The notes under the pieces were generated by a model, which saw only the letters and a list, made by a program, of their open reading frames with translations, was not told where the DNA came from and ran no database searches. From positions 1-64,000 of IMG/VR virus record IMGVR_UViG_3300037852_000186: a DNA stretch of 64,000 bases; one strand, written 5' to 3'. This DNA comes from a virus. The position numbers were made by a program, and so were the translations under genes. Of this stretch, positions 46,897 through 55,595 are shown piece by piece (positions within the stretch are counted from its first letter, which is position 1; each line of letters opens with the position of its first letter).

Positions 46897-48714
46897 TTAC
46901 TGATCCTCCCCGGCGAGATAGGTTTCGACCGAGCGCGCCTTTTTGGCCGCGGCGAATTGCTCTACGGTAACTCCCAGCTTTCGAGTGACCATCAACTCCT
47001 GATGAGTTACGGCATTTTCGGGGGCTTCGCCGATTTGCCCCGTGAATTTGCCGTCAGCGCCGGCCGTGATAATTCTGGGTGCTTTATCAATGAAGGTTTT
47101 GAAGGCATCGGGATTTGTGGTGCAAAGAGTGATGCCCCAATCGCGCAACGAAGGTATCAATCGACCTTCGCGAATGCCTGCATCCACTTTTTGGATGGCC
47201 GCATCCTTTGCCCTTTCTGCCCGCAGATTATTTATTTCGGCCATCGCCTCGATCATTTGTGGGTCTTGCGCGACCAGTGCTGAAATTTCTGCCTTCGTCA
47301 TTTCCTTTTCTCGTTTGGGCACTCGGAGAAACTCACGCTTCATGGATTCTGGAAGCACAGCCACTGGTTTCTTCTCGGGCTCTTTGGTCATTTGCTGCGG
47401 TGGAGGCTTGCTAGCCATTTCTGCTCGTTTAGCGAATCGTTCTTTCTCGGCTGCGTGGCGAGATGTACAGGCGGCTTTTTCGTCGTCTGATGCGCACCGG
47501 GCCATTTCATCAGCCTGTCTCGCAGCCATCGCGTCTGCGCTTTCGTTGGCATAGGGATCTGCCCCTGGATTGGGTGCGGGCGCGGCGTACTGCGCCGCGT
47601 GCTCATCACCGTCTGGCTCCGCGTGTCCGTCGCCTTCGTCGCCGTCGGGCTCGCCATCAGGGTCAGGCTCCATCTCCATGAGGACGTGCTTCATGATTTG
47701 ATGATGCTCGGCGCCAGGCATAGCAGCCTCGAATCGTTTGACGATGTCGGATAGCTCTTCTTTCTTGCCACCTTCGGCCATTGTTGAATAAACCTCCGCA
47801 GCGGCTATCGCCGGCAGGCTCACGAGAGCGGGATTATTGGTGAGGGCCGCGCGCAAGATGCGCTCGACCTTGCCGTCTTTGTCGTGCTCGAAAACCGGCG
47901 AGATGTACCGGTAAAGCTTTTCTTTCAGCCCCTCGGCGGCCGCTTTGGTCCACTCGATGCGCGCAAAAATAGCCCCCGCCTCGACCTTGAAACCTTTTAT
48001 CCAACCAGCCGCAGGCGCAGGCCGGCCCTCGGGGGCAGCTAGATCGGTGGAGTGATCATAGTCAAGGACCAGCCCGACCTGTGGCATTTTCGCGATTGAG
48101 GCGGCGACGGTGCGAAAGGGATTGTCATTCTCGAAGGGGCCACGACCATCAACGGCGGAGAACTTGCCAGCGGGGATTATCTCTATCCACTCGGGCGCGT
48201 CGTCGCCGGGAATGGCGATGGTACACATCGCGATGCCAGCGCCGTTCTGAGTGAACCTTGGGGAGTGGATATAACAATTTTCAATAGGACAGGTAGTCAA
48301 TAAGGCGCTCGCTGGTTCCGCCGTCACCTTCGGAGTAGGCATCGGTCCTTCGTGCTTGATACCGAAGCGCTTTGCAGCGCTAATAATTTTGCTCCACGCG
48401 GACTTGGCCGCGCCTTCAGACGTGAAGTGAGTCTGCCCGAATCGAGCAAGCGCGTTGCGGACGTGCGCTGCGTCGCCTATCGGCAAGTGTTTTCCACCCT
48501 TTGGATCGGTCCAAGCATAGCTGCTTGTGCCGCTGCCTTCGGCGAAACGTGAGATGAGCCGTCTGACTGCTGCCGCCTCGCGCATGCGGCCAAAAATGTG
48601 CATGACCAGGGCGTAGAAGGAATCCCCTTTGAGATGAGGCGATGATTTGCGAGCGAGCTTCTTAGCACGTTGCCATTTACGCTCATCAGATGGAGTTTTG
48701 ACGACACCCGGCAC
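46897..48714 (-). CDS. Mu-like prohead protease I / scaffold with N-terminal extra domains
   Basis: PEWIE..PAG, DGRGP, LVLDYDH, APAAGWI, YRYISPVF, AALTNNPAL; helical scaffold C-terminus. Confidence 0.92.
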   Translation of the reverse strand: MPGVVKTPSDERKWQRAKKLARKSSPHLKGDSFYALVMHIFGRMREAAAVRRLISRFAEGSGTSSYAWTDPKGGKHLPIGDAAHVRNALARFGQTHFTSEGAAKSAWSKIISAAKRFGIKHEGPMPTPKVTAEPASALLTTCPIENCYIHSPRFTQNGAGIAMCTIAIPGDDAPEWIEIIPAGKFSAVDGRGPFENDNPFRTVAASIAKMPQVGLVLDYDHSTDLAAPEGRPAPAAGWIKGFKVEAGAIFARIEWTKAAAEGLKEKLYRYISPVFEHDKDGKVERILRAALTNNPALVSLPAIAAAEVYSTMAEGGKKEELSDIVKRFEAAMPGAEHHQIMKHVLMEMEPDPDGEPDGDEGDGHAEPDGDEHAAQYAAPAPNPGADPYANESADAMAARQADEMARCASDDEKAACTSRHAAEKERFAKRAEMASKPPPQQMTKEPEKKPVAVLPESMKREFLRVPKREKEMTKAEISALVAQDPQMIEAMAEINNLRAERAKDAAIQKVDAGIREGRLIPSLRDWGITLCTTNPDAFKTFIDKAPRIITAGADGKFTGQIGEAPENAVTHQELMVTRKLGVTVEQFAAAKKARSVETYLAGEDQ

Positions 48715-48970
48715 ACTAGCTACTCACCTTTAAATTCTGGTAGAATAGAGAGCGATGGCTATCAGAAAGAACAATGTCCGCGTTAGCTCTCGCCCATTTT
48801 TTTTCGTCGGCTGGCGACTTGACGTTTCCAGGCAATTCACTTACTCGCCTTCATGCTCAGAGGCCGCGTTCATCTTTTTATAGATCAGGTATCCAATTCC
48901 GCAGGACCATCCGCCAATAAAACCGACTGCAAGTCCAAGAATGAATGCGGCGTATACCCAAGAGTCCACG

Positions 48971-49201
48971 CTAGTCGCTCACTCTTTTGACGCTGCCTGG
49001 CTCGCTGTAGCACTTTTCGGTAGCGTGGATCGCTTTCAGCATTTCTAGAAACTCGGGACGAAGTCGCCGTAGAAGTTGTCGCGCGTCGAGTAATTCAGCG
49101 GCTATCGAGTTGACTTGATCGTCATCGGGTCCAGATATGAACGCGGCCGAATTTGGATCGCGCCATACTCGTAACTGGTCATCTGTGGGCCTGTCGATCA
49201 C
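48971..49201 (-). CDS. Hypothetical protein
   Basis: GTGA overlap with the upstream gene. Confidence 0.45.
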   Translation of the reverse strand: MIDRPTDDQLRVWRDPNSAAFISGPDDDQVNSIAAELLDARQLLRRLRPEFLEMLKAIHATEKCYSEPGSVKRVSD

Positions 49202-49791
49202 GCCGCCGCCTTCCCCTGAAACAGCGTCACCATCGCGTTATACATCCGGTCTTGAAAAATCGGCCCAACTTCTTCCATCGCGGGCCGCGCATAGGGGCGT
49301 TCGGGGATGCGAACGGATTTCTTCAGCGCGAACAGCGGCTGGTAACTGCCATCATCGTGTTTACCGAAGATGACGTTTTGTGCGGAGAACGTTCCACTAA
49401 ACCCGTAGCTTTCGGGAGACGAGATGACATCGCGCGCTGTTCCACGTGAAACACCGCGTCCAGTCAGCATCGCGGGCAGCGGAATCGTCAGGTTCGCAAC
49501 GTTCTTCGCGTTGACGGTGCCGCCGAATTCGTGAATCTGGGCGTAGGGTGCCGGCGAGCCGACCTTGCCCTCCATCGCGCCACCAGTCTCAACGACTGGC
49601 TCCATGACGATGTTTTCCAGGAGGCCCGTGCGGCGGGTAAACTGGCGGCTGATGTTCTCCTTCATGGCGCTGCGCAACAGCAACATCGCCGAGTTCAGCT
49701 CGCGACGCATGACGCGGCGCACTTCGGGGCTCGTCACAAAGTGGCCCTTGAGACGACTGCTGGCGACTATGGTGAGTGTCAGGTCTGCCAT
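49198..49791 (-). CDS. Phage virion morphogenesis protein (Mu gpG / HK97 gp10-like)
   Basis: RTG.L, VGS..PYA.IHEFGG, IPERPY.RP. Confidence 0.85.
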   Translation of the reverse strand: MADLTLTIVASSRLKGHFVTSPEVRRVMRRELNSAMLLLRSAMKENISRQFTRRTGLLENIVMEPVVETGGAMEGKVGSPAPYAQIHEFGGTVNAKNVANLTIPLPAMLTGRGVSRGTARDVISSPESYGFSGTFSAQNVIFGKHDDGSYQPLFALKKSVRIPERPYARPAMEEVGPIFQDRMYNAMVTLFQGKAAA

Positions 49792-49945
49792 TAAGTAAGA
49801 TTCATCTGGTTCATTCTTCGGGCGTCCGCACGTCCCTTGAGTCCAGATTCATGTTGAACAGCGAAAACAACACGTGTAAACTGAGCGAACGAAGATTGCA
49901 CATTGTTGATATGTATTGACGAATCGTTATAGCGGGGAGCGAGCT

Positions 49946-50119
49946 ATGCCGAGAGGAGAGGAAGGGCGGTGGCTATCGTTGAAAGAGGCCGCCGTGAAAT
50001 CGGACGTGTCGGTGGGTACGATGCGACGATGGATTAAACGTCAGGAGATTAAGGCGCGGAAGGTGGGCGGACTGTGGCGGATTCGGCCCGAGGATTTGGA
50101 GGCGAAGTGGAGGGAGTGA
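49946..50119 (+). CDS. Excisionase-like helix-turn-helix (HTH_17) protein
   Basis: WLSLKEAA...VS..T.RRWI...I.A.KVG..WRI..EDL; GGGGAG RBS. Confidence 0.85.
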   Translation: MPRGEEGRWLSLKEAAVKSDVSVGTMRRWIKRQEIKARKVGGLWRIRPEDLEAKWRE

Positions 50120-50433
50120 TGAATCCGATGCGAGCAACCGAAGCTGGTAGGGCATCAGACAGACGAGATAACGCACGCCGAAGGGCTGCGTTAAGTTCCG
50201 AACAGGCAACGCTGACAGCCGCCGAATGGACAGACATCCGCGAACGCCACAAATATCGCTGCCATTGGTGTAAGAAAAAGTTCAAACGCCTGACTCAAGA
50301 CCACGTTATCCCTTTGAGTAAAGGAGGGTTGCACGTTAAGGAAAACGTGGTTCCGTCGTGTCTTTCTTGTAATTCTGCGCGAGGTAATCGGCTACTACAC
50401 ATCAAGACTGGTCAATACTTACTCGCAGTCTAG
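50119..50433 (+). CDS. HNH endonuclease
   Basis: TGATG coupling to the HTH gene; CHWC...LT.DHVIPLSKGG.H...N.V.SC..CN. Confidence 0.88.
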   Translation: MNPMRATEAGRASDRRDNARRRAALSSEQATLTAAEWTDIRERHKYRCHWCKKKFKRLTQDHVIPLSKGGLHVKENVVPSCLSCNSARGNRLLHIKTGQYLLAV

Positions 50434-52058
50434 AACGTGCCGTGCTTTGGTAGCCCGTGTCCCCTCCGCCCGCTACTTCCCCACGCCCGTTCGCTGCCAC
50501 GATAGTCTTCCTCTAAGTCGCGCTGGCGCTGGGGATCATAAGCAACGGGGATTTGACTACCGGGGGTGATGTAGGCGTATTCCTGGCGCTGCCCTTGGTA
50601 GCTGGCATAAAGCGCGAGCGCGCCAGCAATCGCTGAGTCACCGTGGCGCATTCCGGCGCCGCTAGTTTCCTTCGACCTTGATTCTGGCACGCGAGCAACG
50701 CCCTTCTCCATGCGCAGCATCCGATGGTCTGCCAGTATATCGGCGTCCTTTGGCAGCGTTATCATGTCGTCCTCGAAGGCCGCCTTGTACTTCGGCATTT
50801 GTTCGCGATACCACTCGATGTTCATAACGACCGGCGTAATCAGCCCTGGCCGCTCCTTCGTACCGCCGTAGCGCAACCCCGCAACCTCTGCGAGAAACGC
50901 GCCGTTGCCCGAGGCGTCCATCGCGCCGCCAATGAAGCGCGTGCCGGCGCGCAGACGGTCTACTATCGTGAACAGAATCTCTTTCTGCTTCTCGTACTCC
51001 ACGTCGCGAAGCTCCACAACGAACGCCGTGCGCCGCTTCGTGTTCTGCTCAATCTGCAATACCCAAATAACCGTTAGGTCTCCGCTGCGACCGAAGTCAA
51101 CACCAAAAATCGACATTTGGTGAGGATGCAAAGTGCGCAGCGCCATATCCAGCCCCGGCCAGATTTGGTCTAACGCTGTGGGGCCTTTGCCGCGAAGTAC
51201 CGGGATGCCCTCGCGCATCTGGCGCTCGATTAGCGCGGCAGAGAGGAAGACACCGCCTGATTCGGATGGGATAACGAGAAGTTCTTCGTCCGCATTCTCT
51301 CGAAAGGTAGCGAACAGCTCCGCACGATACTGTGCTTCATTCTGAGAAGTCGGTTCTTCGTGACGAAGCGGCGCGGCCACACGCTGGTAGTATCCATCGG
51401 CTAAGGCATCGTCAATTGTGACCCTATGCAGCGAGTAGCTGTGCGACATTCGGCCAGCTCGGATATCTGTAACCAAAGTATTAAAAGGCGAGGTCGCGCC
51501 GTTGTGCGTAGAGATGATATGCACATGCCCACCAAGCTGAGTGAAAGCGAGAGCAGCTTTTAGTACGTCAGCTAAGCGGTCGTGAAATGCGGCCTCGTCG
51601 ATAATGACCAGCTCCCCAGGACGGCCCCGCGAACGGATAGAACGTGCGCGAGAAGTTAGACCATAGATTTTGTGCCCCGAAGCAAATTCAACATGGTATG
51701 CGTAGACCGACTCATGCGCCTCGTCGTCCTGCTCCCAAAGTGTCTGCCCAGCTTGGCGTGCCTGCGCGTTTAGAGTAATCGCCCATTCTTTAACGTCGTG
51801 GTCAATCCACGCACGGGCCGCCTCGAAGTTATAAACCATATAGAAAACATCAGCCCCATCTTGACCCGCAGCATTAAGGACTGCCCGCGCCGCTTCTGCC
51901 CAGCTTATTCCCACTCGGCGACTTTTTTCGCAGACAACGATAGGGTGATCGTCAGCAAGGAAGCGCTTCTGATAGTCAAGCAGGATGTTGCCCAAGGATG
52001 GGCTCGGTTGAGGAATAGGCGGTAACTGGACGAGCTTAGGGCTTGGCTTTGGCGGCAT
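50430..52058 (-). CDS. terL: Terminase large subunit (Mu gp28-like)
   Basis: LL.YQ, EKSRRVGISW (Walker A), VIIDEAAFH, ISTHNG, GVDFGRSGDL, MDASG.G, HGD.A.A. Confidence 0.95.
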   Translation of the reverse strand: MPPKPSPKLVQLPPIPQPSPSLGNILLDYQKRFLADDHPIVVCEKSRRVGISWAEAARAVLNAAGQDGADVFYMVYNFEAARAWIDHDVKEWAITLNAQARQAGQTLWEQDDEAHESVYAYHVEFASGHKIYGLTSRARSIRSRGRPGELVIIDEAAFHDRLADVLKAALAFTQLGGHVHIISTHNGATSPFNTLVTDIRAGRMSHSYSLHRVTIDDALADGYYQRVAAPLRHEEPTSQNEAQYRAELFATFRENADEELLVIPSESGGVFLSAALIERQMREGIPVLRGKGPTALDQIWPGLDMALRTLHPHQMSIFGVDFGRSGDLTVIWVLQIEQNTKRRTAFVVELRDVEYEKQKEILFTIVDRLRAGTRFIGGAMDASGNGAFLAEVAGLRYGGTKERPGLITPVVMNIEWYREQMPKYKAAFEDDMITLPKDADILADHRMLRMEKGVARVPESRSKETSGAGMRHGDSAIAGALALYASYQGQRQEYAYITPGSQIPVAYDPQRQRDLEEDYRGSERAWGSSGRRGHGLPKHGTF

Positions 52059-52170
52059 TCTTACGTCCGTTGGCCCGCGCCGTTTCGGCCTTACGCGGCG
52101 ACTTAACCTTCCCGCCGAGCCGCCCGAGGGCGATGGCGGCGGGGTTTTTTAGTTTAGTCGGAGTGGCCAA
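52036..52170 (-). CDS. 44-aa basic peptide (KNPAA.ALGRLGG family), not in the ORF track
   Basis: TTG start; MATPTKLKNPAAIALGRLGGKVKSPRKAETARANGRKNAAKAKP; overlaps the terL start. Confidence 0.55.
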   Translation of the reverse strand: MATPTKLKNPAAIALGRLGGKVKSPRKAETARANGRKNAAKAKP

Positions 52171-52411
52171 TCAATTCACCATCTTCGTCGTATTGATGGA
52201 TATCGCAGCCCGTCCATCCGAGGACTTCTACAATCTCGGGCGTCTCACCTATCGGCGAATTGTTGCACCTCATAACGACAGCCTCGCAACCGCATTTCAT
52301 CGTCGCGTATTGCTCGCCGTCGATGACATCGCGGGAATCGGGAATGCGCCCCGGCGCACTTTCAAAGCACTCTTTGGCTAGTCGATCTTGATCCATGAGC
52401 GCATCGTACAC
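52154..52411 (-). CDS. Hypothetical protein
   Basis: Acidic Cys-containing ORF. Confidence 0.4.
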   Translation of the reverse strand: MYDALMDQDRLAKECFESAPGRIPDSRDVIDGEQYATMKCGCEAVVMRCNNSPIGETPEIVEVLGWTGCDIHQYDEDGELIGHSD

Positions 52412-52575
52412 TCAAGCGCTTGGCATGTCCAGTGGAAGATGGCGTGTTCGATTTACGATCAGAATTGAGCTTGTTCGCGGGCGGGGTCGCGGATGTTAGG
52501 AGTCCGAGTCGTTGCTAGTGCCATCAGCTCGCCTATCGATACCCTTATGTGGATATCGGCATGGCCCCCGCAACG

Positions 52576-52766
52576 CTAAAGATATTCTGCCGCATATCGG
52601 ACCTTCGTAAGTAGTACCTGGCGGATCACGTCTTCAATCTGAAGCTTCGACATTCCATAGTCAGACGCCATTTGTTCCAAGGAATCTCTGCGCATGAATC
52701 GCGCAACGATGCGCGCATTGCGGTCCCGCAGGCGTTGGACCGTATCATCAGTCGTTGTGTTTACCA
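52576..52766 (-). CDS. Small HTH-like protein
   Basis: RN..I......SLE.MA..YGMS...I..VIR; GGGAGG RBS. Confidence 0.55.
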
Positions 52767-53263
52767 TTGCGTCCTCCCAGCAGCTCCGCGCGCTTATCAT
52801 TAATGGTCAGCGGCTCGCGGCGCACTGGCTGAACCTCGATAGAGCGCTCGTCGGTCGGTTGCGCCGCTTGCAATTGATTGAGCAGGGTCTGGCGGAGCAA
52901 CGAGACGAGGTCGGAGGATAGACCAGCTTGGCGTATCGTTTGGCTCGGGGTTTCGGACTCGGAGGGCTTCGTCCAGCCGCACCGCCGTTCGAGAAAGAAA
53001 GCTTTGTCAGGGAATGAACCGGCCAAGGCGTCTTGAACTAAACGGTCTGATACTAGAGATTCAATCTCGGCTTTTCCTTTTTGTAAGGCTTCCGCAAAAT
53101 GCGCATAATCACGTTTCCGTTGATAGAGAGTCGTAAGAGAAATATCAAGCACACTAGCGATTTTCTCTTGGGTCAGCCCCCGCCCAGCAAGCGTCCTTAC
53201 TTGCGCTAGATCGGGGGGTTCCCATCGCGGTCTGCCTCTTGGGCGTTTAACTTCAGTATCCAT
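52748..53263 (-). CDS. Terminase small subunit-like HTH protein
   Basis: GRP, LA..GLT...IA..L.IS..TLY, F.EAL.KGK, FFLERR.GW; upstream of terL. Confidence 0.75.
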   Translation of the reverse strand: MDTEVKRPRGRPRWEPPDLAQVRTLAGRGLTQEKIASVLDISLTTLYQRKRDYAHFAEALQKGKAEIESLVSDRLVQDALAGSFPDKAFFLERRCGWTKPSESETPSQTIRQAGLSSDLVSLLRQTLLNQLQAAQPTDERSIEVQPVRREPLTINDKRAELLGGRNGKHND

Positions 53264-53327
53264 AATAAAAGCCGCCGCCCCTTACCGTAGCACGGGCGCG
53301 GTGTCGGCCCAATAGACAGGTGGGTGG

Positions 53328-53357
53328 TTGACAAACGTCGTCAGTGTGTGCAAGTAT
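53328..53357 (+). promoter_or_regulatory. Possible leaderless promoter for the Arc-like gene
   Basis: TTGACA-18 bp-AAGTAT (TG-extended)-6 bp-ATG 53364. Confidence 0.45.
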
Positions 53358-53363
53358 GCAGTT

Positions 53364-53537
53364 ATGCAAGCACAAAGCATTATGAACGTTCAGATAAGAA
53401 TGTCGCCAGAGCTGCGAGTAGAGCTGGGACAACTTGCACTTTCACGTAACGCCAGCCTAAACGCCACGATTTGTGAACTACTCGAACGGGCCGTTAAGGT
53501 CCTCAACGCTACTAGCCCTCGAAAGGGAACAGAATAA
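53364..53537 (+). CDS. Arc-like ribbon-helix-helix DNA-binding protein
   Basis: VQIRMSPELR..L...A..RN.SLN..I..LLE.A. Confidence 0.8.
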   Translation: MQAQSIMNVQIRMSPELRVELGQLALSRNASLNATICELLERAVKVLNATSPRKGTE

Positions 53538-53831
53538 ATGGCAATACCTTTAGTGCGAGAACAAGCGGGCTCCCTCTACGCCCGATTTCAAAGCAGCATG
53601 AATAATCCAACCCAAGCCTGCCAGCCAGCGAAAGGGAACAGAATGAGAACGACAAAGCCCAAGTTTGAAGTCTATCTCGGCGGCGAATGGTGCCGCACCA
53701 CGCAAGCCACCATTCAGTCTAGCGGCTGGCTCCATTACGAGTTGAGAGATCGAACCATCGGCCTCATGCCGCCTAAGAAGTGGCGCCTTGTCGAAGCCAA
53801 CGCTACTAACCGAACCAAGGAAACCACGTGA
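53538..53831 (+). CDS. Hypothetical protein
   Basis: Follows the Arc-like gene; start uncertain. Confidence 0.45.
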   Translation: MAIPLVREQAGSLYARFQSSMNNPTQACQPAKGNRMRTTKPKFEVYLGGEWCRTTQATIQSSGWLHYELRDRTIGLMPPKKWRLVEANATNRTKETT

Positions 53832-54112
53832 AAACGAATCTGAAACCATGTAGAAAATGCGGCAGAGAAGTCGCGATAGGCGCAACTATTTGCCCCGGTT
53901 GCGGAGTGCTGGGTCCCGCGCCCTGGATGCCCTTCTCACCGTGGTATGCAGTCGGCGGCTTTGTTGTTTTAGTTGTGTCGTTGGCGTCTGTTGGTCGGAT
54001 AAAAACACATTGCGAACTAACCGAAGGCTCAGCAATCACGCTGGGCCTTTTCATTTCCCTTCTGGCACCAGCTTCGCCAGCATCTCACGAATGTGCGCGT
54101 CAATCATCGTAA
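53828..54112 (+). CDS. Zinc-ribbon membrane protein
   Basis: CRKCG..CPGCG plus TM helix; GTGA overlap. Confidence 0.6.
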   Translation: MKTNLKPCRKCGREVAIGATICPGCGVLGPAPWMPFSPWYAVGGFVVLVVSLASVGRIKTHCELTEGSAITLGLFISLLAPASPASHECARQSS

Positions 54113-54260
54113 TCCGAATCCCCGAAGCGTGCAGATACTCGTAGAGGATTAGATGGTGGCAGCGCTCTTCCGGCGTTGAGTCCTCTACGAGCTTACGAAC
54201 GGCATCTTCTATCTTTTTCCGCTTCGCTAGGCGCTTCGCGACAGTGTCTGGCGATACCAT
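54051..54260 (-). CDS. Hypothetical protein
   Basis: TGATG coupling. Confidence 0.45.
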   Translation of the reverse strand: MVSPDTVAKRLAKRKKIEDAVRKLVEDSTPEERCHHLILYEYLHASGIRITMIDAHIREMLAKLVPEGK

Positions 54261-54751
54261 CAGTTCGGCAATTCCTTCTCTGCGTGCGCCGCCATCTCGT
54301 CGCCTGCCCGCAACTCCGCAATCAACTCGTCTTCGCTGGCGTAGGCATGCAAAGCGTGCGAGAAAATGCGGCCCGAGGGATCACGAAAGGCTACCCAAAG
54401 ATCGGCCATCGAAGAGAAGCCGTCGGGCGAAATGCCGATAACGTCGTCGCAGCCGACTGTCCCGTCGTCGTGCTCGGGACAGGGTTCGGTGGTGTGTTCA
54501 ACGCGCCATGCAATGATGCGAACGGAGAAGAGTTGACCGTCGAGCCAGCCGAGATTCCACCAGCCGTGTTCGCGGGGTAGGACGGTTGCGGGTTCTTTCT
54601 TTTTCAAAGCAGTTCTCCTTGTTGCGTTAGTGTCCCATTCCGCGCGATTGCCCGTACTCTCGGCTACGCCCATATTTATAATCATCGTCCTCGAAAGATC
54701 CCACTTTCGGGCTTCCGTCATGCTCGTATGTGGGCGTCGGCGTGAGGCCAA
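54260..54751 (-). CDS. Hypothetical protein (start uncertain, probably near 54630)
   Basis: 5' part overlaps the relaxase. Confidence 0.4.
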   Translation of the reverse strand: MASRRRPHTSMTEARKWDLSRTMIINMGVAESTGNRAEWDTNATRRTALKKKEPATVLPREHGWWNLGWLDGQLFSVRIIAWRVEHTTEPCPEHDDGTVGCDDVIGISPDGFSSMADLWVAFRDPSGRIFSHALHAYASEDELIAELRAGDEMAAHAEKELPN

Positions 54752-55577
54752 TTCCTAGCTGCAAGTCGCGTTCTTTCCATTGCTGTTTAAGATAATTCAT
54801 GTCGAAGGTTCCGCGCGCACGACGGTCAATGACCGATGCTAAGTTCGCCGCGTGTGGATGCCAACCGTGCGCTGAGATAATCTGCTCGATTTGTTCTTTA
54901 CGCTGCGAGAATGCACGGATATGAAGGCGGTCGTATCCAGCTAATTCCCATTCGCCTTTCGCGCTGGTGGTTTTGATGTCGTACCCCAATTGCTTAACGC
55001 GATACTGCATCTCCTCTCGATAGACGTTAGTGCCTTGCTGGCTGTGTCGAAAGATCTGGTATTTGTCGAGCGCTCGCCACTCACCATCCGGACGCTGCGT
55101 CATGTTCATTAGAACAACGTGCGTGTGAACTTGCGGATCGGGCAGTTGCAGACCAACTGGTCGTGCGAGCGTGTGCTGGAAGGATGCTGCCACGAGCTTG
55201 CCAGTAATCGTAGAGTATTGACCGTGATGACTCACCATCGCATAGCGTTCCATGTGGTAGAAGGCTGCTTCTGCTGCGGCAGCATGCGCTGGAATCAGCC
55301 GCTCGTCTCCGCGTACAAGGGCCTGAATCGAAATGGACTTGGGAGCAGAGTACCCTACTTGCCAGCCGGCGCGGTGTTCCGTCCCTTCGCGAGTCGCAAC
55401 AAGCAACCCCCCGAATGGACTATAGCCACGGAGCGCGCAGCCAAAATCAAATCCATTAGCACGCGCGTCGCCGATCAATCCGAGGCTCTCGGCACCATGT
55501 CCAATCCACTGACCGACTTCGTTGATGAAATATCTTTGCGTTCCCGTTGCGGTCAGTGGCACTGGCGAGATCGTCAT
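54627..55577 (-). CDS. trwC: MOB_F (TrwC/TraI-type) relaxase, relaxase domain only
   Basis: G.W.G.GA..LGL.G, SAPKS.S, FQH..AR...DPQVHTH.V..N, DG.WRAL, FSQR..QI; C-terminal RGMG tail. Confidence 0.92.
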   Translation of the reverse strand: MTISPVPLTATGTQRYFINEVGQWIGHGAESLGLIGDARANGFDFGCALRGYSPFGGLLVATREGTEHRAGWQVGYSAPKSISIQALVRGDERLIPAHAAAAEAAFYHMERYAMVSHHGQYSTITGKLVAASFQHTLARPVGLQLPDPQVHTHVVLMNMTQRPDGEWRALDKYQIFRHSQQGTNVYREEMQYRVKQLGYDIKTTSAKGEWELAGYDRLHIRAFSQRKEQIEQIISAHGWHPHAANLASVIDRRARGTFDMNYLKQQWKERDLQLGIGLTPTPTYEHDGSPKVGSFEDDDYKYGRSREYGQSRGMGH

Positions 55578-55595
55578 CAAGTGGGGCAACACCTC

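Larger units (their letters stand above)
11..53263 (-). mobile_element. Myovirus-type phage/prophage morphogenesis region (Mu-like head, P2-like contractile tail); continues beyond the left edge
   Basis: Co-oriented terminase, Mu protease I, Mu gpT capsid, gp36/gp37, sheath, tube, tape measure and U/X/D/V/W/J homologues. Confidence 0.95.

Noticed and set aside
52112-52150. GC hairpin followed by T6 (plus-strand terminator-like)
   Set aside because: Explained by the coding sequence of the minus-strand basic peptide; no plus-strand gene ends there.
53306-53327. Possible oriT: minus-strand TGTCTAT resembles a MOB_F nic core
   Set aside because: Only a 7-nt match and no adjacent inverted repeat seen.
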